The notes below the pieces were generated by a model. It did no database searches. It was given only the letters and a program-made list of their open reading frames with translations, and was not told where the DNA came from. From NCBI GenBank assembly GCA_026387835.1, contig JAPLKZ010000013.1, forward strand, positions 60,001 to 92,000: DNA of 32,000 nt, in the 5' to 3' direction. The DNA comes from Candidatus Saganbacteria bacterium. GTDB lineage: Bacteria > Margulisbacteria > WOR-1 > JAKLHX01. Positions 7,035 to 14,907 of this stretch are shown in pieces (position 1 is the first letter of the stretch; each line of letters opens with the position of its first letter). The translations under genes and the position numbers were made by a program.

Positions 7035-8087
7035 ATGAACAAAAAGATCAAAGCGGGTCTTATGGGGGCGGCAGGGTATGCCGGCATCGGGATAATCCAG
7101 ATACTTAATGATCATCCGGAAGCGGAGATATCATGGTTGTCCAGCGAGGAAGCGCACTCGGGCAGGAAAATATCGGATATCCGGCCTTCGCTTGACGGGC
7201 TTTGCGACATGACCTGCAATCCTCCGGATATTTCAGGACTAATAGATAAAGCGGATGTCATTTTTTTGGCCGTGCCGAACGGGCTTGCGATGAAATGGGC
7301 GCCGAAGATCCTTGAAAAAGGCAGGAAAGTTATCGACATAAGCGCGGATTTCAGGATAAAGGACCTGAAGGAATATTCGAAATGGTACAAGATCGACCAT
7401 GCAAGCCCCGGCCTTGTCGCTGAAGCGGTCTACGGCCTTCCGGAACTGTTCAAGGACAAGATAAAGACTGCCCGCCTTATCGCGAACCCGGGCTGCTACC
7501 CGACAGCTTCAATACTCGGCATAGCGCCGCTTGTGAAGAACAGGCTGGTAAAAACAGAGTCGATAATAATCGATGCGAAAAGCGGGATCTCGGGAGCAGG
7601 AGCGGCATTGACGGATATTACGCATTTTCCGGAGTGCAACGAAAATATCAGGGCATACGCGGTCGCTTCGCACCGCCACAATCCCGAGATAGACCGGATC
7701 GTCAGCGAAATAGCCGGCAAGAATATCATTACGACATTCACTCCGCACCTGGTGCCGATGAACAGGGGCATCCTTGCGACGATCTACGCGGACCTTGTAT
7801 CTCCGATGTCCGTCGACGAGGTCATGGCGGCTTTCAGGGACCTGTACAAAGGCGCGGCATTCGTCAGGATACTTGAAAAAGGAAAGCTCCCGGCGACAAA
7901 GTATGTGAGCTGTTCAAATTACTGCGATATCAATGCGGTCGTCGACGAAAGGACGAACAGGGTCATTGTGATGAGCGCGATCGATAATCTTGTAAAAGGC
8001 GCCGCGGGACAGGCGGTGCAGAACATGAACATAATGTTCGGCTTGGATGAAAGATCCGGGTTAAGGAGGATGCCGGTATACCCGTAA
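7035..8087 (+). CDS. argC: N-acetyl-gamma-glutamyl-phosphate reductase
   Basis: GAAGYAG nucleotide-binding N-terminus, active-site NPGCYPTA, 350 aa, with an AAAGGA SD upstream. Confidence 0.92.
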   Translation: MNKKIKAGLMGAAGYAGIGIIQILNDHPEAEISWLSSEEAHSGRKISDIRPSLDGLCDMTCNPPDISGLIDKADVIFLAVPNGLAMKWAPKILEKGRKVIDISADFRIKDLKEYSKWYKIDHASPGLVAEAVYGLPELFKDKIKTARLIANPGCYPTASILGIAPLVKNRLVKTESIIIDAKSGISGAGAALTDITHFPECNENIRAYAVASHRHNPEIDRIVSEIAGKNIITTFTPHLVPMNRGILATIYADLVSPMSVDEVMAAFRDLYKGAAFVRILEKGKLPATKYVSCSNYCDINAVVDERTNRVIVMSAIDNLVKGAAGQAVQNMNIMFGLDERSGLRRMPVYP

Positions 8088-9325
8088 TGAAAAAAGGCAA
8101 AAGCACTAAAGTCAGGATCAACGAAAAATTTAAGTTGATTGAGGGAGGCATTTGCGCTCCGAAGATGTTCCTTTCCGCAGGAACGGCTTGCGGTATAAAA
8201 AAGTCAAATAAAAAAGACATTGCGCTTATCTATACCCCGCACATTGCTTCGGCCGCGGCGGTGTTCACGACAAATAAAGTCAAAGCAGCTCCGATACTTG
8301 TTTCTCAAAAAAATATCAAAGGGGGAAAAGCACATGCGGTAATAGTGAACTCCGGCAACGCGAACGCGTGCACGGGCAGGCAGGGAATGAAAGATGCCTG
8401 GGAGATGATAAATCAGACCGCCGCGGCGATGAAGATACTACCTTCCCATGTCCTGGTAGCGTCTACCGGAATAATAGGCGTTCCTCTTCCGACGAAGAAC
8501 ATCTCATCCGGTATCTGGACTGTATCAAGGATGATAAAAAGGCATGATCCTGGTGACGCGGCCGAGGCGATCATGACGACAGATACCAGGAAAAAAAGCG
8601 TGGCCGTAGAGCTCGTATTCGGAAAGAACAGGAGAGTAAGGATAGGAGGGATCGCGAAAGGCTCCGGAATGATATGCCCTGACATGGCGACGATGATAGC
8701 GGTACTGACAACGGACGCGCTCATCGGTCCAAAACCGCTTCAAAAAGCGCTGAAAGAAGCGGTCAGCGATTCTTTCAACATGCTGACCGTTGACAATGAT
8801 ATGAGCACCAACGACTGCGTATTCATTTTAGCCAACGGGCAGAGCGAGAAAGTGACCACGGGTAAAAAGTTCGAGCAATTTGTCAGCGCGTTGAAATATG
8901 TCTGCTGCTGCCTTGCAAAAGAGATCGCGCGGGACGGGGAAGGCGCGACAAAACTCATCACGATCAATGTCACGGGAGCACGATCAAAGGAGGACGCGAG
9001 AAAGACGGCAAAATCCATTGCGGGTTCCAGCCTTTTTAAATGTGCTGTGTTCGGCACGGACCCGAATTTCGGCAGGATCCTTGCGGCTGCAGGATACTCG
9101 GGTGCCGGAATTGATCCCGACAGGATAGAAGTGGACATTGAAGGCGTAAAACTTGTGAAAAATGGCGTGCCGCTCAGGTTTGACGCGCAAAAAGCTGTCG
9201 GATGCCTGAAAAAAGATAAAGTCATAATAAATGTGGACCTTAATCAGGGAAAATACAGCGCGACGGCATGGGGCTGCGACATGACGGAAGGTTATATAAA
9301 AATAAACGCGCACTATCATACATAG
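8087..9325 (+). CDS. argJ: Bifunctional ornithine acetyltransferase / N-acetylglutamate synthase
   Basis: Self-cleavage region PDMATMIAVLTTDA and GATKLITINV motifs. It overlaps the argC stop by 1 nt. Confidence 0.92.
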   Translation: MKKGKSTKVRINEKFKLIEGGICAPKMFLSAGTACGIKKSNKKDIALIYTPHIASAAAVFTTNKVKAAPILVSQKNIKGGKAHAVIVNSGNANACTGRQGMKDAWEMINQTAAAMKILPSHVLVASTGIIGVPLPTKNISSGIWTVSRMIKRHDPGDAAEAIMTTDTRKKSVAVELVFGKNRRVRIGGIAKGSGMICPDMATMIAVLTTDALIGPKPLQKALKEAVSDSFNMLTVDNDMSTNDCVFILANGQSEKVTTGKKFEQFVSALKYVCCCLAKEIARDGEGATKLITINVTGARSKEDARKTAKSIAGSSLFKCAVFGTDPNFGRILAAAGYSGAGIDPDRIEVDIEGVKLVKNGVPLRFDAQKAVGCLKKDKVIINVDLNQGKYSATAWGCDMTEGYIKINAHYHT

Positions 9326-9335
9326 GGAGAGGATC

Positions 9336-10199
9336 ATGTTTGAAAAGCTGATCAAAAGGGCCGAGGTCGTAATAGAAGCGCTTCCGTACCTTCGAAAGTT
9401 CTACGGGAAGACGATCGTGATAAAATACGGCGGCAACGCGATGCTTGAAAAGGAACTGAAGGCAAAAGTGGTGCAGGACGTCATCCTGCTCAGGTATGTC
9501 GGGATGAACCCTGTCCTGATACATGGCGGCGGTCCGGAAATAAGCAAAGAACTGAAGAAAAAAAAGATCGAGACAAAATTCCTCGAAGGGCTGCGCATCA
9601 CTGACGAAAAGACCATGGAAGTGGTCGAAAAAGTACTCACGAGGGTGAATTCAAAGATCGTCGCTTTACTAAACAAGGGCGGCCGTATAGCAAGAGGCAT
9701 CTCCGGGAAAAAAGGGAAAATAATCAGGGCAAGAAAGCATGTCTTTTTCAGGAACAAGCAGAAGATAGACATCGGGTTCGTGGGCGACGTCACGAAAATT
9801 GACGCAAAGGCCCTGCGGCAGATGATCACAAAAGGGGCGATCCCCGTCATCTCATCGATCGGATTTGACGGAAAAGGCAGGGTCTACAACATAAACGCGG
9901 ATTCAGTCGCGGCGGAGATAGCCGCGGCTCTCGGAGCCTCAAAGCTTATACTTCTTACGAATGTTATGGGGGTACTTGATAAGAACGGCAGGCTGATATC
10001 ACAGATAAACGCTTCAAGGACGAGAAGGCTGATAAAAAAGGGTGTCATCTCCGGCGGCATGATACCAAAGGTCAAGTGCGGGCTGTTCGCGCTTAAAAAA
10101 GGCGTCGAAAAAGTCCATATCCTTGACGGGCGCGTCCCGCATGCCATTCTTCTGGAACTCTTTACCGATTTCGGTATCGGGACCATGGTGGAAAGATAA
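9336..10199 (+). CDS. argB: Acetylglutamate kinase
   Basis: GKTIVIKYGGNAM, HGGGPEI and NINAD motifs of the amino-acid kinase family. Confidence 0.92.
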   Translation: MFEKLIKRAEVVIEALPYLRKFYGKTIVIKYGGNAMLEKELKAKVVQDVILLRYVGMNPVLIHGGGPEISKELKKKKIETKFLEGLRITDEKTMEVVEKVLTRVNSKIVALLNKGGRIARGISGKKGKIIRARKHVFFRNKQKIDIGFVGDVTKIDAKALRQMITKGAIPVISSIGFDGKGRVYNINADSVAAEIAAALGASKLILLTNVMGVLDKNGRLISQINASRTRRLIKKGVISGGMIPKVKCGLFALKKGVEKVHILDGRVPHAILLELFTDFGIGTMVER

Positions 10200-10274
10200 A
10201 TACGGCCACTGCCTACATTAATATACAAGTTATGTCGGCAATACCTCGATATATATAAATGAGTATATAAAATT

Positions 10275-11111
10275 ATGGAAATATCACGCATAGGAGCAGT
10301 GGGCGCGAGCCCTGTATCGTCTGCCCTTCCGTTCAAGGTGGGAATGCCGGGAGAACATATACCCGTCCATACACCCGCGGGGATGGAGATCAGGCAGAGG
10401 ATATTTCGTGGTTTCGGTATAGAGGTCCTTGACAGCGATGTCAGGTTCTCAAAAGCAGAACTCATTATGATCGAAAAGATCCTTTTGGACCTCAGAAAAA
10501 AGAAAAAAAACCATCTTCTTGGCGTCAAAGAGATCGTGAAGAACAAAGAAATGAGAGTAAGGCTTTTGAATAACGCTCTGATACATGCCGGCGGGGCTTA
10601 TGTGGCCGAACAAAAGCGCATATATCTTTTTGACGAGCTTCCTCAGGAAGAGATCCAGGAAGTCCTTGTCCACGAGATCGGGCACGCGGTAAACCATTTC
10701 AATCTTTCTTTCGAAAGGTTCATGGACTTTGTAAGGCAGAGCGGCTGGAACATGACCGAGATGAGAAGGGTGTTCTTCAACAGCAACCGGATGTACCAGT
10801 TCGGCGTGAAACCCCTGGAGATACCGAAGGACAAATGGGGGAACGTCTGGAACCGCTTCAGCCTGAACTCTCTCTCGAAGGACCAGGATACTTTCGGAGA
10901 GATATTTTTGCAGCTGCCGAGGAACACCGGCGCTCCGTGGGACAAGAACCCCCTTGAAAAGTTCGCGTGGGCTTACGAGTGGTTCTACGATAAAAAGGAC
11001 AGGTTCAAGCTGATCGCCGAAAAAGCAAAAGAAGAAGGAGACCCCACTTTGAGCGAAGCTTTCAAATTCATGGAAAAAGAAGTCTTTTCGGACGAAGAAC
11101 AAAAAAATTAA
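10275..11111 (+). CDS. Hypothetical zincin-like metallopeptidase-motif protein
   Basis: The ORF contains VLVHEIGHAVNH (HExxH), preceded by AGGAYV..KRIYLF, with a distal NPLEKFAWAYEWFY segment. No signal peptide and no clear SD. Confidence 0.55.
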   Translation: MEISRIGAVGASPVSSALPFKVGMPGEHIPVHTPAGMEIRQRIFRGFGIEVLDSDVRFSKAELIMIEKILLDLRKKKKNHLLGVKEIVKNKEMRVRLLNNALIHAGGAYVAEQKRIYLFDELPQEEIQEVLVHEIGHAVNHFNLSFERFMDFVRQSGWNMTEMRRVFFNSNRMYQFGVKPLEIPKDKWGNVWNRFSLNSLSKDQDTFGEIFLQLPRNTGAPWDKNPLEKFAWAYEWFYDKKDRFKLIAEKAKEEGDPTLSEAFKFMEKEVFSDEEQKN

Positions 11112-11147
11112 GATCCATGCCGAATATCCTATCTCCAAAATCGGAAA

Positions 11148-11156
11148 TGCTACAAT
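11148..11156 (+). promoter_or_regulatory. Extended -10 element TGcTACAAT, 6 nt upstream of the ATG
   Basis: TGcTACAAT-atcctc-ATG(11163), with no SD. Confidence 0.45.
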
Positions 11157-11162
11157 ATCCTC

Positions 11163-12602
11163 ATGATAATCAAGACCGATCAGGACACGATAAGACCATT
11201 CCTCGAGGATGCTTCAGGCCTGACCGGAGCGCACACGGATAAAGTATTCCTTGCAGAAAATACCGGAGAAGTTTCCGAATTGTTAAAAGAATGCTCTTCA
11301 AAAAATATTACCGTTACTGTCTCCGGCGGGGGCACGGGCGTGACAGGAGGCAGGCTTCCGTTTGAAGGAGTCGTTCTCGCGACGGACAGATTGAACAGAA
11401 TACTTGACCTTAAGCCTGGCTCGATAGTTGTCCAGTCCGGCGTGCCGATAACGGAAATTCATAAAGCAGCCGGTTCTATCGGATATTTTTACCCTCCGGA
11501 CGCTACGGAATGGACGGCTTTTATCGGGGGGAATATTGCCACAAACGCTTCGGGAGCGAGGACGTTTAAATACGGGGCGACGAGAAAATATATAAAGAGG
11601 ATAAAAGTTGTCCTGAGTAATGGAGATATTATCGATGTCGAAAGAGGCAGACTATTAGCAAAGAGTAATATTCTCGAAATCCGAAATACGAAATCCGAAA
11701 TTCGAAACAAATTCGAAATCCCAAATTATAAAATCCCAAATATAAAAAATGCGGCGGGGTATTATTCCAGGAAGAACATGGACCTGATCGATCTGTTCAT
11801 CGGAAGCGAAGGCACTCTCGGAGTGATCGCTGAAGCGGAATTAAGTTTGCTGAAAAAAGAGGGGTTTGTTTTCGCCTGTTTTTCATTCTTCAACAGATTG
11901 AACGACGCGCTCAACTTTGTGGCCGAAGCGAAAAAATGCGATGCGCTCGCGATAGAATTCTTTGATGCCAGGGCTCTGGACCTCTTGCGGACAAAATATC
12001 TTAACATGCCGAAAGCCGCTGCCTGCGTGTTCTTTGAGGAAGAGATCACTACGGAAAAAGAAAAAGATTATCTTGAAAGATGGGGAAACCTGCTGGAAAA
12101 ACACAATGTATCTTTGGACGACGTCTGGACATCGGAGACTCCCGAAAAAGCGCAGGAGTTCAAGGATATGAGACATTCTGTCCCCGAGCTTGTGAACGAG
12201 ATCGTAAAGAAAAGAGGCTTTCCGAAACTGGGGACGGATATTGCCGTGCCGGACAGGGCTTTTGCCGAAATGTTCGGTCTTTACGAAAAGACTTTGTTGT
12301 CCTCGAATATCGACAGCCTGATATTCGGGCATATCGGGGATAACCACCTTCACGTGAATATGCTTCCTAAAGACAGCGATGAGGCCGAAAAGGTCAAGGA
12401 CATCTATATTTCTTTTGTGAGGAGAGCAATAAGCCTGGGAGGGACCGTTTCGGCCGAGCACGGGATAGGGAAGATCAAGCACAGGTTCCTGAAAGAGATG
12501 TATGGCGACAGAGGGATACTGGAAATGACAAGGGTCAAGAAAAGTCTGGACCCGGATCTTATCTTAGGTTTGGGGAATATCTTTCCGAAGGAACTGCTTT
12601 AA
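11163..12602 (+). CDS. FAD-linked oxidase (GlcD / D-lactate dehydrogenase family)
   Basis: FAD_binding_4-type VTVSGGGTGVTGG, LFIGSEGTLGVI and C-terminal SAEHGIGKIK. It carries a repeat-derived insert (next feature). Confidence 0.85.
   Translation: MIIKTDQDTIRPFLEDASGLTGAHTDKVFLAENTGEVSELLKECSSKNITVTVSGGGTGVTGGRLPFEGVVLATDRLNRILDLKPGSIVVQSGVPITEIHKAAGSIGYFYPPDATEWTAFIGGNIATNASGARTFKYGATRKYIKRIKVVLSNGDIIDVERGRLLAKSNILEIRNTKSEIRNKFEIPNYKIPNIKNAAGYYSRKNMDLIDLFIGSEGTLGVIAEAELSLLKKEGFVFACFSFFNRLNDALNFVAEAKKCDALAIEFFDARALDLLRTKYLNMPKAAACVFFEEEITTEKEKDYLERWGNLLEKHNVSLDDVWTSETPEKAQEFKDMRHSVPELVNEIVKKRGFPKLGTDIAVPDRAFAEMFGLYEKTLLSSNIDSLIFGHIGDNHLHVNMLPKDSDEAEKVKDIYISFVRRAISLGGTVSAEHGIGKIKHRFLKEMYGDRGILEMTRVKKSLDPDLILGLGNIFPKELL
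11673..11750 (+). repeat. Heptamer-based repeat (CGAAATN units) in frame inside the FAD oxidase
   Basis: The DNA reads cgaaatc cgaaata cgaaatc cgaaatt cgaaac aaattcgaaatc ccaaatt ataaaatc ccaaata and translates to LEIRNTKSEIRNKFEIPNYKIPNIKN. Confidence 0.7.
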
Positions 12603-12685
12603 GCCTTGCCGAGCCTCTTGCGTTTCTTGAGGTTTTCTTTCCTGCGTTTTCTTCTGCGCTTGAGCTCTTTTTGTCTTTCTCTCAT
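12599..12685 (-). CDS. Candidate 28-aa highly basic small protein (MRERQKELKRRRKRRKENLKKRKRLGKA)
   Basis: An uninterrupted ATG-to-TAA ORF below the ORF-track cutoff, with its own TTTACA-17-TATAAT promoter 8 nt upstream. No family recognised. Confidence 0.4.
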   Translation of the reverse strand: MRERQKELKRRRKRRKENLKKRKRLGKA

Positions 12686-12693
12686 ATATTACC

Positions 12694-12722
12694 ATTATAC
12701 ATAATGCTTAGGTTATTGTAAA
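12694..12722 (-). promoter_or_regulatory. Sigma-70-type promoter TTTACA-17 nt-TATAAT for the small basic ORF
   Basis: On the minus strand: TTTACA (12722-12717), a 17-nt spacer, TATAAT (12699-12694), then ggtaatat and ATG at 12685. Confidence 0.45.
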
Positions 12723-12773
12723 ATATGCTTGTCGGGGCGCCCCGATCCGATCGGGGTGCCCGCCATAAAACTT

Positions 12774-13694
12774 ATGCGTGAATATATCGTCCCGAAAGAA
12801 TACGAACATTTAAGGCTTGATCTTTTTCTCGCGAAAAAGCTCCCGTCGATGAGCAGGTCGTTCGTTCAGAAACTTATAAAAAGCGGTCAGGTGAAGGTCA
12901 GGGGGAAGATCGACAGGAAGGCCTCCCGCGAACTTATCCATAACGACACAGTTGAAGTAGATATCCCTCCCATGAAAAGGAATGAATCTGTTCCGGAAGA
13001 CATCCCTCTGGATATAGTCTATGAGGACGACCAGCTAATCGTGATAAACAAACCTTCCGGGATGGTGGTCCATCCCGCGCACGGCAATAGGACGGGGACC
13101 CTTGTTAACGCTTTGCTCCACCACTGCAAAGATCTATCGGGTATAGGTGGCGTAGAACGGCCGGGGATCGTTCACCGACTGGATAAAGACACATCAGGGG
13201 TCATGGTCATCGCAAAAACGGATCAAACTCACAGGTATCTTGCGAACCTTTTCAAAAACCGGCAGATCACAAAAAAATATCTCGCGCTGGTACACGGAAA
13301 TGTTAAAGATGATTCGGGGACTATCATCGCTTCGATAGGCAGAAGCCCGTCCGACAGGAAAAAGATGGCGGTTATCGAGATAAGAAATGAAAAAGACAAG
13401 GCATTGAACGCTAATAAACCAAGAAAATGCAAGACAAGGCAGGCGATCACTCATTATCAGGTTCTTAAAAGGAATAAAAGCACTACTTTGCTCGAATTAA
13501 AACTTGAGACCGGAAGGACGCACCAGATAAGGGTCCATCTAGCGCACATTCATCATCCGATAGTTGGGGACAAGGTTTATGGTCTTAAGAAGGACAAGGC
13601 GGCGGAGATGGCACTTCACAGTTATTATCTAAGCTTTGTGCATCCGGTCACTGGGGAGCTTGTTGAGTTCAAGAGAGAGAAAGAGCTGAAGTAA
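12774..13694 (+). CDS. rluD: 23S rRNA pseudouridine synthase, RluA/RluD family
   Basis: S4-like N-terminus (RLDLFLAKKL), catalytic HRLDKDTSGVMVIAK, and THQIRVHL. The start is set at ATG 12774 (MREYIVPKEY); the ORF track begins at TTG 12729. Confidence 0.88.
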   Translation: MREYIVPKEYEHLRLDLFLAKKLPSMSRSFVQKLIKSGQVKVRGKIDRKASRELIHNDTVEVDIPPMKRNESVPEDIPLDIVYEDDQLIVINKPSGMVVHPAHGNRTGTLVNALLHHCKDLSGIGGVERPGIVHRLDKDTSGVMVIAKTDQTHRYLANLFKNRQITKKYLALVHGNVKDDSGTIIASIGRSPSDRKKMAVIEIRNEKDKALNANKPRKCKTRQAITHYQVLKRNKSTTLLELKLETGRTHQIRVHLAHIHHPIVGDKVYGLKKDKAAEMALHSYYLSFVHPVTGELVEFKREKELK

Positions 13695-13835
13695 AAAAAC
13701 AACCTTGTTCCATCTCCCTGTAACTTCACATGTTCCCATGCTTTTCTAAACAAAACCGAAAATCCCTGAAATTTCGCAAAAGATATGACGATAGATATAT
13801 AGACGGGAATTAACAAAAAAAAGGAGAAATGAAAA

Positions 13836-14603
13836 ATGGCAATAGGAACGGTCATTGGCAGAATGAGAGTATCGAGTTTAACAGCAGGAAGGATGACATT
13901 AACGCCGATAGGAAGAAAGACGCATGTAAACCTTCCCGAAATGGTAAGGGTCGCCGGCGGGAAGTTCTCAATGGGCAGCACAAGATTTACTGATGCCCAG
14001 CCCCTAAGGCAGGTCACATTAAGGGATTTTGCGATAGGCAAATATCCTGTGACGAACGGTGAATACCTTGGTTTTCTTCAGGCAATGAATAGAGAAATAC
14101 CTCAACTTGTAGCTAGCACAAAATTTGCGTTACATCCTGTAGTAGATGTTTCATGGAACAACGCAACCGAATACTGCAAATTTCTAATGGAAACAACGGG
14201 CAGGAAGTTTGGTTTGCTTACAGAAGCACAGTGGGAATATGCGGCAGGAGGGACAGGAGGAAGAACATATCCGTGGGGAAATGAATGGGACGCGAGCAAA
14301 GCCGTATTCAATACATCTGGAACGCAACCTGTTAGCACGCATCCTGAAGGAGCAAGCTGGTGCGGTGCTATGCACATGTCAGGGAATGTATGGGAATGGG
14401 TACAGGATTGGTATGCAAATGGATATGACGCAAAAGCTTTAACGAATCCTACAGGGCCGGACAGTGGTACTTATAAGGTGTTGCGCGGCGGTTCCTGGTA
14501 TAACAGCGATTCTAATAGGCTGGATGCTGCGTACCGGATCTGCAACTTACCGGAGTTTCAGTACTACAATATCGGTTTCCGCCTCGCCGAGGACTTAAAA
14601 TAA
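13836..14603 (+). CDS. Formylglycine-generating-enzyme (FGE/SUMF1) fold protein, C-type-lectin-like
   Basis: VAGGKFSMGS, YPVTNGEY, WEYAAGG, YPWGN, NVWEWVQDWY and RGGSW...NIGFRLA. AAGGAG SD 9 nt upstream; no signal peptide. Confidence 0.85.
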   Translation: MAIGTVIGRMRVSSLTAGRMTLTPIGRKTHVNLPEMVRVAGGKFSMGSTRFTDAQPLRQVTLRDFAIGKYPVTNGEYLGFLQAMNREIPQLVASTKFALHPVVDVSWNNATEYCKFLMETTGRKFGLLTEAQWEYAAGGTGGRTYPWGNEWDASKAVFNTSGTQPVSTHPEGASWCGAMHMSGNVWEWVQDWYANGYDAKALTNPTGPDSGTYKVLRGGSWYNSDSNRLDAAYRICNLPEFQYYNIGFRLAEDLK

Positions 14604-14669
14604 TTAGTCCTTATGCCTTTGTCCCTTTACGCCTTTTCCGGCGTAAAAAAATTTGGGTGTGCAGAATAA

Positions 14670-14789
14670 ATGATTGAATCGGCTAATTCGATCACAAAAA
14701 CATATGACTTGATCAGATGGCTGATGCCTGTAGTTTCAAAATTCCCGAAATGCAAAAGGAAAAAAATGACACTACTTTGTATTCTATAG
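14670..14789 (+). pseudogene. Truncated Avd-like (DGR accessory, four-helix-bundle) N-terminal fragment
   Basis: A 39-codon ORF, MIESANSITKTYDLIRWLMPVVSKFPKCKRKKMTLLCIL. The KTYDLIxWxxPxVxKFPK pattern is what I recall at the N-terminus of Avd-type proteins, but the reading frame ends right after helix 1. Confidence 0.4.
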
Positions 14790-14907
14790 CCACATAGTTT
14801 ATTCCAAAATCAAGTGAAATTCACTAATAAAAATGACGACAAATATATGAAGTCAAAAAGACCTAATACACTAATGACCTTTAATAAGATGAAAGGGAGA
14901 AAAAGAA

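Noticed and set aside
11673-11750. Possibility that the short tandem repeats are a CRISPR array
   Set aside because: The period is 7 nt with no unique spacers, the loci are 35-85 nt long, and they are translated in frame or sit in an operon spacer. No cas genes are present.
13823-13987. Alternative-frame ORF MKNGNRNGHWQNES... starting at the ATG 13 nt upstream of the FGE start
   Set aside because: The SD (AAGGAG) is only 2 nt from that ATG but 9 nt from ATG 13836. The alternative frame encodes a low-complexity peptide and disrupts the clear FGE-domain frame.
14814-14824. Inverted repeat GTGAAaTTCAC in the spacer upstream of the 197-aa ORF
   Set aside because: It is only 5 bp per arm in AT-rich DNA, so it is expected by chance. 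There is no second copy and no associated regulator gene.
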